A stretch of DNA of 43,549 bases from a virus (IMGVR_UViG_3300040770_000007:1-43549); one strand, 5' to 3'. Numbered from the stretch's first letter, positions 28,425-36,636 are shown. Made by a program: numbers and translations. The notes: generated by a model from the sequence alone, not told the origin.

Positions 28425-29180
28425 ATGATTCAAAAAATATTGGGACAATCCGCGTTTTGGATCGTGAACAAAGCAATCGCGAAATGTACGGGAATCGAAT
28501 CCGCCGTTTTATTGGCGGATTTAATTGACAAACAAGGGTATTTCGAAACGCGTGGTGAATTGGATCCGGAAGGGTATTTTTATAACACCGCGGACAATAT
28601 AGAGGTTTCCACGTCGTTGACGTATCATTGTCAGAAAAAATGTATCAACGTATTGAAAGACATTGGATTCGTTGAAACAAAGTTGAAAGGGATCCCCGCA
28701 AAACTACATTTCAAAGTTATTGAAAACAAGATTTTAAAATATTTGAATACTGATATTCAAGAAAGTCCAAAACAAGAACAAAAGGAAATTGAAACAAATA
28801 AGAATATACAAATCAATAATAAAAATGATAATAAAATATTTGATTTATTTGAATCCGATCCAATCCCGGTTTTATCAAAAGACGTTCTAAATTTATTAAA
28901 TAAACGTAAACCGTCAAAAATACCATTTGAAGCCACGAAAACGAATTTGTCCGCTATTGAATCAAGGATCAAAGAAAAATTCAAAATTGAAGACTTTTCA
29001 AAGGTTATCGATCACAAGATTAAAGAATGGAAAGACGATCCGAAAATGAAAAAATACATTCGACCGGAAACATTGTTTGGATCCAAGTTCAACGGATATT
29101 TAGTCGAAGCACACGAAACAAAATCCGACGGATCCGGAAATTTCGAATTTAAACCAACATCAAAAGCGGAATTATTATGA
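28425..29180 (+). CDS. Replication-initiation/DnaD-like protein candidate (251 aa)
   Basis: N-terminal winged-helix-like region. The C-terminal IKEWKDDPKMKKYIRPETLFGSKFNGYL resembles the conserved phage replication-protein C-terminus (RPxTLF...F..Y). It lies upstream of the DnaC-like ATPase. Confidence 0.5.
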   Translation: MIQKILGQSAFWIVNKAIAKCTGIESAVLLADLIDKQGYFETRGELDPEGYFYNTADNIEVSTSLTYHCQKKCINVLKDIGFVETKLKGIPAKLHFKVIENKILKYLNTDIQESPKQEQKEIETNKNIQINNKNDNKIFDLFESDPIPVLSKDVLNLLNKRKPSKIPFEATKTNLSAIESRIKEKFKIEDFSKVIDHKIKEWKDDPKMKKYIRPETLFGSKFNGYLVEAHETKSDGSGNFEFKPTSKAELL

Positions 29181-30217
29181 TACAAAAAGCGTTTGAAAAT
29201 TTCATCCAAGAATCGGAATTGTTCTTTGTTAAAAAATTTATCACAAGTGAAACGATCAAAAAGGAATATTCGTTTTGTTTGGACGTCATTTTCGACATCA
29301 CAAAGACAAAAGACACAACAAAAGGTGTAATCGCATTTAGTCAAAAATATGGTCAAGGAAAATCGTTTTTTTTCGATGTTGTAAATCACAGACATCGACG
29401 TTTGAAAGGTTGTAATTTATACAAGCGAACCACGGCGAAAGAATTGGCGCAAATTTACACAAGCGCGGGAATGGGTGAAGATCCCCAAACCAAGTTGGAC
29501 GAATTCATCCGGGTGAAAAATTTATTCATTGATGACATTGGCGACGAAGGTGAAAACAAAACATTTAGTCATTATGCAAACAAATTGAATGTCCTTAGAT
29601 ACGTTTTATTAAAAAGATATGAATTTTGGGAAAAGAAAGGTTGGAAAACTTTTGGGACGACGAATTTGACATTGGAACAAATCGCGTCAAATTACGATGG
29701 GCGTGTTGCGGATCGATTGTTTCAAATGTGTTATTGGAAAGAATTCAATTTTTTGAAAAATGGATCCTTTCGTCAAGTTGATGAAACCCGAAAGTTGACA
29801 CAACAAGAAATCAAGGACAATTGGAAAAAATTGGAAGTCCCGGAAAAAACCGTCAAAGTAGATTTTGAACAATACTTCAATGAATTGATTCATGAATCCG
29901 ACGAATATTTTCAAGAAAAAGACATTTCATTTTGGACATTGGTAAAAGAATATTTATTGGAAAAAGGGTTGTTGATGTCCAAGGACTTCGAAGGGATCCA
30001 AGACGATGAATTGGAAAGCGCGAAAATGTTTTTGCGACACGATGTCCGGGAATCTAAAAAACAAACGTATCGTCACGCAACATCCGACATTCGTTCGTTA
30101 CATATAAAAGAAGCGTTGAAAAGGATCAAACCGGAACAAATCGTGAATGTTGCGCAAAATAGGATCGCACGTCAAAAATTTATGGAATTAAGGGAAATTA
30201 AATTCAAGTTTTTATGA
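29177..30217 (+). CDS. DnaC/IstB-like AAA+ ATPase, helicase-loader candidate (346 aa)
   Basis: Walker A-like YGQGKSFF, Walker B LFIDDIGDEG, sensor GTTNL, and DGRVADRL. Confidence 0.65.
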   Translation: MIQKAFENFIQESELFFVKKFITSETIKKEYSFCLDVIFDITKTKDTTKGVIAFSQKYGQGKSFFFDVVNHRHRRLKGCNLYKRTTAKELAQIYTSAGMGEDPQTKLDEFIRVKNLFIDDIGDEGENKTFSHYANKLNVLRYVLLKRYEFWEKKGWKTFGTTNLTLEQIASNYDGRVADRLFQMCYWKEFNFLKNGSFRQVDETRKLTQQEIKDNWKKLEVPEKTVKVDFEQYFNELIHESDEYFQEKDISFWTLVKEYLLEKGLLMSKDFEGIQDDELESAKMFLRHDVRESKKQTYRHATSDIRSLHIKEALKRIKPEQIVNVAQNRIARQKFMELREIKFKFL

Positions 30218-30759
30218 AGTCAAAAAACACAATTGTCACAATTGATCCCGGAACCGGTGGCGGAATTGCCGTGTTTTCAAATGGAAGGATCCACGCCGTC
30301 GCGATGCCGTCAGACGTCAACGAAATGAATGAATATTTCCAATACTTAAATTCAACCTATGATGACATTTTTGTTTTCATTGAAAAAGTTCAAGCGTATG
30401 GAAAAGAAGACGACGCGCCGGGAAAGAAATTCGCGATCAATAAAATGTTGGCAAATTATCAACAAGTTTTGACCGTTGTCAAGTTGACCGGTTTTCGATT
30501 CGTTGAAGTTTATCCGATTTCGTGGCAAACGACGTTGGGTTTGAAAATATCAAAAACAAAAGGTGTCCCGGAAGAAACCAAGACGGAAAGAAAAAACAGA
30601 TATAAAGAATACGCCCAAAATTGTTTTCCGGAATTAAAAGTCAATTTGAAGACTTCCGACGCGTTGTGTTTGATTCAATTCGCATTGGTTAAGATCGAAA
30701 ACGACATCGGTTGGATCCGTGAAAGAATCCAAAACGAACAAAGATCCCGTTTGTTGTAA
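30214..30759 (+). CDS. RuvC-like Holliday-junction resolvase (181 aa)
   Basis: IVTIDPGTGGGIAVF (first catalytic Asp), FVFIEKVQ (Glu) and TSDALCLIQFAL (C-terminal Asp). Confidence 0.7.
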   Translation: MKSKNTIVTIDPGTGGGIAVFSNGRIHAVAMPSDVNEMNEYFQYLNSTYDDIFVFIEKVQAYGKEDDAPGKKFAINKMLANYQQVLTVVKLTGFRFVEVYPISWQTTLGLKISKTKGVPEETKTERKNRYKEYAQNCFPELKVNLKTSDALCLIQFALVKIENDIGWIRERIQNEQRSRLL

Positions 30760-30767
30760 TTGATAAT

Positions 30768-30844
30768 AAATTAAAAAATGTTTGTGAAATACATTTTTAA
30801 ATGTATATTTGCATCAACAAACAAACAAAAAAAAGCAAAAATGG
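30768..30844 (+). promoter_or_regulatory. Early promoter/operator cassette copy 2
   Basis: -33 TTTG at 30781-30784, a 19-nt spacer, -7 TATATTTG at 30804-30811, and the palindrome at 30789-30806. The leader ends at the ATG at 30841. Confidence 0.7.
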
Positions 30845-31128
30845 GACTATTGATCAATATTATTTGGAAAAAAAGTGTTTATGAAGTTAGAATAAACGAT
30901 CGGAAAGACAAGGAATTCACAATTGAAGACATAAAACGTTTTGTTTATGATTTAAAGTGTGAAATATTGGAAGAAGAAAGGGAAAAATTATTTGATACTT
31001 TGAAACCTTCAAATTGGGTTCACCAACAAGAATCAAAAATCGAATCAAAATTGGAAACAACAAAGGCGTCAATAAAAAAATCAAATGGTGAGTCTTTAGT
31101 CATTGAAGACACCAAAGGTTTTTTTTAA
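30841..31128 (+). CDS. Hypothetical protein (95 aa, MGLLINIIWKK...)
   Basis: I trimmed the start from the ORF-track ATG at 30778. The first 21 codons there only translate the conserved promoter repeat. Confidence 0.65.
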   Translation: MGLLINIIWKKSVYEVRINDRKDKEFTIEDIKRFVYDLKCEILEEEREKLFDTLKPSNWVHQQESKIESKLETTKASIKKSNGESLVIEDTKGFF

Positions 31129-31137
31129 GTTAATATT

Positions 31138-31157
31138 TTTAAATCGTGGAAAATTTA
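31138..31157 (+). repeat. 20-bp motif TTTAAATCGTGGAAAATTTA, copy A
   Basis: Exact repeat of 34905..34924. It spans the GTG at 31146. Confidence 0.8.
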
Positions 31158-31172
31158 TCAAACAAACAAACA

Positions 31173-31613
31173 ATGGAAACAAGAATCAAAAGAAACGAAC
31201 CGTTTCAAGTTTTATCGATTGCCACCGGAATCCCGGTTCAAGATCTTGAAAACTTGATCGTTGATCAATTAATCGAACAACAATTGATCGAACAACATTA
31301 TTCCGATTTTGGGATGACAATTCAACAAATAATGGATTTGAATGATTGGCAAATGAATGATTTTGTCAAAATCATTTTTCCCGGCAAAGAAACCAACGAC
31401 GAAATTTTGCAGTTGATCAAGGCGGTGAAAGTTTGGGGAAACGCATCCGGGGAAAGTTGTCCGGAATGTGGGTGCGGATTGAAATCAAAATTGGATAGTT
31501 TTGACGGGGAAAAATGGACGGAAAAAAAATGTGAAAATCCGAATTGTGATCACGCAACAACGGGTGAACCGGATTGGGATTCGATGTCCGGCGGAATTGA
31601 TTTTGATAATTAA
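31173..31613 (+). CDS. Zinc-ribbon protein (146 aa from ATG 31173; alternative GTG at 31146)
   Basis: CPECGC...CENPNC four-Cys cluster. The ATG is preceded by an A/C-rich leader, CAAACAAACAAACA, like the early leaders. Confidence 0.65.
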   Translation: METRIKRNEPFQVLSIATGIPVQDLENLIVDQLIEQQLIEQHYSDFGMTIQQIMDLNDWQMNDFVKIIFPGKETNDEILQLIKAVKVWGNASGESCPECGCGLKSKLDSFDGEKWTEKKCENPNCDHATTGEPDWDSMSGGIDFDN

Positions 31614-31627
31614 TAAACAAAAATAAA

Positions 31628-31831
31628 ATGGGAAATTTAAAACAAAGATATATTGCCACCGTGACTTTTTATTGTTACGGTGAAGACGCAAAAGAAGCAT
31701 TCAAGGACGCGGAACAAACCGTTGAAAAGATCAAGGAAAAGGACGACAACCAAGCGGAAATCGAACAATTTCATTTTCACGCATTCGGATCCAAAAATCC
31801 TTTGAAATTGGATTTAAAAGATTTAAAGTAA
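31628..31831 (+). CDS. Hypothetical protein (67 aa)
   Basis: ORF in the array. No motif recognised. Confidence 0.6.
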   Translation: MGNLKQRYIATVTFYCYGEDAKEAFKDAEQTVEKIKEKDDNQAEIEQFHFHAFGSKNPLKLDLKDLK

Positions 31832-31922
31832 ATTTATTATGATAGTATAAACGCGCGAAATTTACAAGTGTGATCATTGTCGAAAGTTATATCAAAGAAA
31901 AAAATCGTGTATAAAACACGAA

Positions 31923-32204
31923 TTGAAATGTCCCAATAATCCGGAAAACAAATCAAAATGTGATAGTTGTTGGCATTTGATAAAAAAAGAATTATTGGAA
32001 TATTATGACACTTTTAACGGTGAAGGATCCCGACCGGTTAATGTGTTTTTTTGCGAAAAAATTAATTCCGCGTTATTTCCTTTGACAATGGATCCGGAAA
32101 AAAGAATTGATTTTGGCGATACTGAAAACCAACCAATGAAAAAAGAATGTGAATATCATAATTCGACCTTTTTAAATGAAAGTTTTGATTTTAATTTAAT
32201 TTAA
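31923..32204 (+). CDS. Cys-rich zinc-finger protein. The coding signal extends upstream to about 31851, and an ATG at 31839 is separated from it by an in-frame TAA.
   Basis: The ORF-track start is a TTG. The same frame upstream encodes YKCDHCRKLYQRKKSCIKHELKC (C-x2-C-x12-H-x3-C). See findings. Confidence 0.55.
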   Translation: MKCPNNPENKSKCDSCWHLIKKELLEYYDTFNGEGSRPVNVFFCEKINSALFPLTMDPEKRIDFGDTENQPMKKECEYHNSTFLNESFDFNLI

Positions 32205-32219
32205 TTATATACTCTAAAA

Positions 32220-32975
32220 ATGGAAAATGAAAACAAGCCGAAAGGCAACACGGAAAGAAAACCGCACGATGAACAAAGACGTCGAACACTTGAATTTCAA
32301 CATTTTGATTTGATGAAATTCAAGATCACGAAAGACGGTGTGGACGTGACGCATCACGAAAAGGTCAATGAATCATTTATTCAAACAACGTCCGGTGAAT
32401 ATCAACCGCACCCGGACTTGAAAGCGAAAATGGATGAATTGAAATTGTATATGGCAACACGTCTTGGATTGTTGGAAGGTTGGGACTTTTCGCGCGAATA
32501 TTTGAAAGGCGATTTGGATTTGTTGAAATTAGCAATCGCAAGCCACAAAGAAACAATCGATCGTTGCAATGTGAACGGATTGACATTCCTTGGTGAAGGG
32601 GAAACGTATGGTGTCGCAATCACCGGATCAATTGCAGTTCCAAAAGGCGGATCCGTTGGGATGTCAGTTCCGAAAATCACATTTGGTTCCGACAAGTTGG
32701 GTTATGAAAAAGAAGTTCAGCAAATTTGCGAGCAAATAAAATCGGAAGTGTATCAATACAGATTTCAAGCTAAAAAAGCGCAATTGGATATTGAAACGGA
32801 AGCGGAAAAAGTAGAAAAACCGGATTTGTTTTTGATCCCGGAATTGCAAGGGAAAGCAAAATCAAAATTGGGTCCCGTTATTGAAAAGAAATTGAAAGGG
32901 AAAAAACCATTGTTCAAAGATCAAGTCCAAGACGCGGAACAAATGGACACCGGATCAAAACCCGAATTAATATAA
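32220..32975 (+). CDS. Hypothetical protein (251 aa)
   Basis: Long clean ORF. No motif recognised. Confidence 0.8.
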   Translation: MENENKPKGNTERKPHDEQRRRTLEFQHFDLMKFKITKDGVDVTHHEKVNESFIQTTSGEYQPHPDLKAKMDELKLYMATRLGLLEGWDFSREYLKGDLDLLKLAIASHKETIDRCNVNGLTFLGEGETYGVAITGSIAVPKGGSVGMSVPKITFGSDKLGYEKEVQQICEQIKSEVYQYRFQAKKAQLDIETEAEKVEKPDLFLIPELQGKAKSKLGPVIEKKLKGKKPLFKDQVQDAEQMDTGSKPELI

Positions 32976-32980
32976 AAACA

Positions 32981-33007
32981 AGCCGGGGTTAAATTCCCCG
33001 GTTTTTA
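32981..33007 (+). terminator. Terminator/attenuator hairpin
   Basis: Stem CCGGGG(32983-32988)/CCCCGG(32996-33001), loop TTAAATT, then TTTTT. The next ATG follows 3 nt later. Confidence 0.55.
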
Positions 33008-33009
33008 TT

Positions 33010-33522
33010 ATGAAGCAAAAAACAACAAAAAATTGTGCAAATCCGGAATGTCAAAATGAATTCAAATTATACAAAACAACCGATAAATTTTGTTCGATGT
33101 CTTGTTTGTCTAAATGCACACCTAAAAAGGTAAAAAAAACGAATTCATTGGGGTTCACAAAGGATTTTATAAATACAGTACGCAAAACACCAATAAAGAG
33201 ATCGCAAAAACCGATCAAAAAGGTGTCGAAAAAACAAGCGGTGATTTTGGCAAAATATTCCGTTTTAAGAATTCAATTTTTAGGACGACCGGAAAACAAA
33301 TTTTGTTTCATTGAAGGTTGCGGAAAATTAGCAACAACGATCGAGCATCAAAAAGGACGAAAAGGATTCGCGGACGAATGGGCGAAGGAAAACAATATTT
33401 CGTTGACTATTGATGAAAGGTTTTTCAAACCGTGTTGTCTTTTTCACAATTTGGAGTTGGAAAACAATCCGGAATTGTCAAAAAAATATCAATTAAGTAA
33501 GATCCACCAAGGCGGAAAGTAA
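33010..33522 (+). CDS. NinG-like recombination/HNH-type protein (170 aa)
   Basis: N-terminal KNCANPECQNEF...KFCSMSC parallels lambda NinG (CKNDECREWF...WCSPEC). C-terminal C..GCG...IEHQKG and CCLFHNLELENN are present. Confidence 0.55.
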   Translation: MKQKTTKNCANPECQNEFKLYKTTDKFCSMSCLSKCTPKKVKKTNSLGFTKDFINTVRKTPIKRSQKPIKKVSKKQAVILAKYSVLRIQFLGRPENKFCFIEGCGKLATTIEHQKGRKGFADEWAKENNISLTIDERFFKPCCLFHNLELENNPELSKKYQLSKIHQGGK

Positions 33523-33746
33523 TGGCGAAACAAAAAGCAAAAACGGAACCGGTTTCAATATTAGTCGGAAAGGATGTTGAATTGGTGATGACAAAAGGGG
33601 AATTGGCATTTTTAAAAATATTGGAATACACGGAAGCCGTTTCAGTCATCAAAGGAAATCACCCAAAAATGAAAAAAAAATCGGGTTGGACATATAAGAT
33701 CCACCAAATCGGAAATTCGCAATTTAAGAACATAAAAAAATTATAA
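33522..33746 (+). CDS. Hypothetical protein (74 aa)
   Basis: ORF coupled by a TAATG overlap. Confidence 0.6.
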   Translation: MAKQKAKTEPVSILVGKDVELVMTKGELAFLKILEYTEAVSVIKGNHPKMKKKSGWTYKIHQIGNSQFKNIKKL

Positions 33747-33747
33747 T

Positions 33748-34194
33748 ATGTCAACATATTCAAAAACAATAATAGTCGGTAATTTGGGCGGGGATCCAAT
33801 CGTGAAGCGTTTCGACGGTGGCGGAATCATTGCAAGTTTTTCCGTTGCGACAACCGAACATTGGAAAGACAAGATCACAAACGAAAAAAAATCGTTGACG
33901 GAATGGCATAATGTCGTGGTTCGCGGGAAACAAGCGGAAATATGTGAAAAGTATTTGAAAAAAGGCGACAAAGTTTGTGTCGATGGAAAAAACCGGACGC
34001 GAAAGTGGGCGGATCAAAGCGGTGTTGAAAGGTATGTCACGGAAGTGAACGCGGAAAATATCACTTTTATGACCGCAAAATCACAACCAAGTCAAAACGC
34101 AAATTCCGGAAGTGCGGTTGATCAATATCAAAATAATTCCGGGGACAATAATTCGTCCGGGAATGTTGATGAACCGGACGATCTTCCGTTTTAA
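33748..34194 (+). CDS. ssb: Single-stranded DNA-binding protein (148 aa)
   Basis: OB-fold signature IIVGNLGGDP...F.VAT.E.W.DK...E...TEWHNVV..GK.AE, a Gly/Asn/Ser-rich tail, and an acidic C-terminus DEPDDLPF. Confidence 0.9.
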   Translation: MSTYSKTIIVGNLGGDPIVKRFDGGGIIASFSVATTEHWKDKITNEKKSLTEWHNVVVRGKQAEICEKYLKKGDKVCVDGKNRTRKWADQSGVERYVTEVNAENITFMTAKSQPSQNANSGSAVDQYQNNSGDNNSSGNVDEPDDLPF

Positions 34195-34209
34195 AATACA
34201 ATATCAAGA

Positions 34210-34238
34210 AACACCCAATTCGCGTTGGGTGTTTTTTT
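34210..34238 (+). terminator. Rho-independent terminator after ssb
   Basis: Perfect 9-bp stem AACACCCAA/TTGGGTGTT, 6-nt loop, T7 tract. Confidence 0.75.
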
Positions 34239-34247
34239 ATGCAAAAT

Positions 34248-34324
34248 AAATTAAAAAATGTTTGCGGAATACATTTTTAAATGTATATTTGCATCAACAA
34301 ACAAACAAACAAAAGCAATTATGG
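34248..34324 (+). promoter_or_regulatory. Early promoter/operator cassette copy 3
   Basis: -33 TTTG at 34261-34264, a 19-nt spacer, -7 TATATTTG at 34284-34291, and the palindrome at 34269-34286. The leader ends at the ATG at 34321. Confidence 0.7.
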
Positions 34325-34863
34325 AAGCAAAATCAAACAAAGCACAAGAAAAAAGAGATCGTCAAAACACGGAATTTATTAATTCAAATTTGCGTCGCAA
34401 GTTAATGACTTTTGAAAATGAATATTTGAACGCGTGTGTTGATTTCGAATTCAATTTCAGAAAATCAAGAATCAAGGCGATCCAATCGGAAATTGTGGAA
34501 TTTCCAAAAACGGAAAAAGGATTGAAAATGTCTGAAATGAATTTGAAAGCAACAATCAAGAATTTTGAATATAGAATCGAAAGAATACAAAACGAATTGT
34601 CCTTCGATGCTACCTTGAAAATGAACGGTTTGAACCAAGGAAAAAAATCATTTGATGAAAAAGTTGATCGCTTGGTTTTATTGTTAGTGAAAGAGGGTTT
34701 CGGATATGCACATTTTAATGTTGAAGAAATTAAAAGTCGAACTTCAAAATTGGAATTCCTTATTTCGAAAAGCGACAAAGAAGTTCACGCCCGTTTGATT
34801 TGGGTTGAAGGTGTTGAAGTTTGTTCACATTTTAGATTCATAACAACAACAAGAAAAATATAA
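34321..34863 (+). CDS. Hypothetical protein (180 aa, MEAKSNKAQEK...)
   Basis: I trimmed the start from the ORF-track ATG at 34258, which lies inside the promoter repeat. Confidence 0.7.
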   Translation: MEAKSNKAQEKRDRQNTEFINSNLRRKLMTFENEYLNACVDFEFNFRKSRIKAIQSEIVEFPKTEKGLKMSEMNLKATIKNFEYRIERIQNELSFDATLKMNGLNQGKKSFDEKVDRLVLLLVKEGFGYAHFNVEEIKSRTSKLEFLISKSDKEVHARLIWVEGVEVCSHFRFITTTRKI

Positions 34864-34873
34864 TAAACCAAAG

Positions 34874-34898
34874 GACACCCGGAAACGGGTGTCTATTT
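34874..34898 (+). terminator. GNRA-tetraloop hairpin, weak terminator or processing site
   Basis: Stem GACACCCG/CGGGTGTC with a GAAA loop, followed by TATTT (poor U-tract). Confidence 0.4.
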
Positions 34899-34904
34899 AA
34901 AAAC

Positions 34905-34924
34905 TTTAAATCGTGGAAAATTTA
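34905..34924 (+). repeat. 20-bp motif TTTAAATCGTGGAAAATTTA, copy B
   Basis: Exact repeat of 31138..31157. It spans the GTG start at 34913. Confidence 0.8.
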
Positions 34925-35236
34925 AACCAAACCTATTATTTAAAAGCCTATTCATTCACTTTGCAATGGGTTAAAATACAATTCAAACCTTTCACATCGG
35001 AATACCTAAAATTGGCGATGTTTGACGTCATTGGAAAGCCACACGAACCAAGATCAATTGGCGGAATATTCCGGGAATTAAACAAATTGGGTTTGATAAA
35101 AAAACACGGTTTTGGAGTGTATAAGGCAAAAGAAGGACACGGCAAGCCGACGACAATTTGGATTTCAAAGGAATATTCGATCAGTCAGCAAAAAAAACGT
35201 TTGTCAAAAGATCAATTAAATTTATTTACACAATAA
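34913..35236 (+). CDS. Hypothetical protein (107 aa, GTG start), possibly winged-helix-like
   Basis: No in-frame ATG for 35 codons, so the GTG start is plausible. No firm motif recognised. Confidence 0.55.
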   Translation: MENLNQTYYLKAYSFTLQWVKIQFKPFTSEYLKLAMFDVIGKPHEPRSIGGIFRELNKLGLIKKHGFGVYKAKEGHGKPTTIWISKEYSISQQKKRLSKDQLNLFTQ

Positions 35237-35472
35237 TGAAAAAAAGAAATGTCACAATTTGTTGTCCGGAAATAAAAGAAACGGAAACATTCAAAGGTTT
35301 GTCGAAAATGGTTCAAAGCATTACATTAAAACCAAATGTCGTCAAGAATATTCAACACGGTGTTAATGTTTCAATCAATATCGGTTTTGATCAATGGAAA
35401 AAACAAACCGCATTCAACAACACAACACAACAAATCGTCAAAGAATTGGTCGAATTAAAAAGTTTGAAATAG
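35236..35472 (+). CDS. Hypothetical protein (78 aa, MKKRNVTICCPE...)
   Basis: I moved the start to the ATG that overlaps the upstream stop (TAATG). The longer ORF-track version would overlap the previous gene by 79 nt. Confidence 0.55.
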   Translation: MKKRNVTICCPEIKETETFKGLSKMVQSITLKPNVVKNIQHGVNVSINIGFDQWKKQTAFNNTTQQIVKELVELKSLK

Positions 35473-35473
35473 T

Positions 35474-35860
35474 ATGGAAGATTTGAGATTGACCAAGGAA
35501 CAAAAGATTGGATATAATTTAATTGAATTAAGGATCTTATTTCAAAGATCAATTGAAATTTTGGACGAATTGAAATCAATGGATCATCGAAGCAAAAACA
35601 ATTCATTGAATTCACAATTAAAAGCGTTGATACCTTCATTGGAAAAAGAAACAAAAAAGTACAATGAAATTTATGAAGTTGAAAGCGAAGGGACTTCACA
35701 TTTTTACAACGTCACGGTCACAAATTCGCAATACATAATGAGTTATTCATTATTGGAAAAAGCCTTGATTTGTTCTTTTTTAATCGCCCACGAAATCGAT
35801 TCGAAATCAGTTGAAGGAATAATCAACAAAGTAATAAAAAACAATAATTTAAAAAAGTAA
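35474..35860 (+). CDS. Hypothetical protein (128 aa)
   Basis: ORF in a tight array. No motif recognised. Confidence 0.65.
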   Translation: MEDLRLTKEQKIGYNLIELRILFQRSIEILDELKSMDHRSKNNSLNSQLKALIPSLEKETKKYNEIYEVESEGTSHFYNVTVTNSQYIMSYSLLEKALICSFLIAHEIDSKSVEGIINKVIKNNNLKK

Positions 35861-35862
35861 AA

Positions 35863-36636
35863 ATGAAATTATCAAAGCCATTAATTTTTTTCGATCTTGA
35901 AACAACCGGTGTCAACATTTCATCGGATCGGATCGTCCAAATTGCAATTGTGAAAATGAATGTGGACGGAACCACGGACGAAAAAACAAAGTTGATCAAT
36001 CCGGGAATTCCGATCCCAAAAGAAGCCACGGACGTTCACGGGATCACGGATGAAATGGTCAAGGATCAACCAAAGTTTGGACAGATCGCGAAGGGATTAA
36101 AAAGCACATTTGAAGGTTGTGACATTGGTGGATTTAATTCCGACAACTTCGACGTCCCGTTGATCATTCAAGAATTTCAAAATGTTGGAATTGAATTCCC
36201 GGATTGGGATGTTGATTTCATCGACGTGTTAAAGGTCGAAAGAATAATAAATTCGAATAAATTGGGCGAAGTATTCAAAAGATACACCGGTGAAACATTG
36301 GAAGGCGCGCACGACGCATTGGAAGACACAAGGGCGACAAAAAAAATATTTGCGCACCAACTTAACAAATTGAAAGACATATTCGCGGAAATCGAAGGAT
36401 TTGAAGGCGAATTGACGCCAAAGATCATTGATAGGTATTGTCAAGGGGATCAAAAGCGTTTTGATTATGCCGGGAAAACTTATATAAAAGACGAAACCGT
36501 TTTTTGGTCATTTGGACAACACAAAGACAAACCGGTTTTGGAAGATCGTGGATATTTGAATTGGGTGTTGAACAAAGATTTCCCAATCGAAACAAAGAAT
36601 AAATTAAAAGAACTAATATTAAAAGCAAACAATTAA
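35863..36636 (+). CDS. DnaQ-like DEDDh 3'-5' exonuclease (257 aa)
   Basis: ExoI IFFDLETTG, ExoII GFNSDNFDVPLI, ExoIII GAHDALEDTRAT. Confidence 0.85.
   Translation: MKLSKPLIFFDLETTGVNISSDRIVQIAIVKMNVDGTTDEKTKLINPGIPIPKEATDVHGITDEMVKDQPKFGQIAKGLKSTFEGCDIGGFNSDNFDVPLIIQEFQNVGIEFPDWDVDFIDVLKVERIINSNKLGEVFKRYTGETLEGAHDALEDTRATKKIFAHQLNKLKDIFAEIEGFEGELTPKIIDRYCQGDQKRFDYAGKTYIKDETVFWSFGQHKDKPVLEDRGYLNWVLNKDFPIETKNKLKELILKANN

Noticed and set aside
30778-30840. The ORF-track N-terminal extensions MFVKYIFKCIFASTNKQKKAK (30778...) and MFAEYIFKCIFASTNKQTKAI (34258...) look like a conserved protein N-terminus shared by two genes.
   Set aside because: They are translations of the 77-bp promoter/operator repeat. 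In the first copy the same frame hits a stop after three codons (ATG TTT GTG TAA at 25938-25949). The conserved ATG at the end of the cassette is the more plausible start in all three copies.
25928-34324. The three spaced 77-bp repeats as a CRISPR-like or mobile-element (MITE/IS end) structure.
   Set aside because: The copies are 4.8 and 3.5 kb apart, are all in direct orientation, and each ends exactly at a gene start. They contain a complete promoter consensus. There are no short regular spacers, target-site duplications or transposase.
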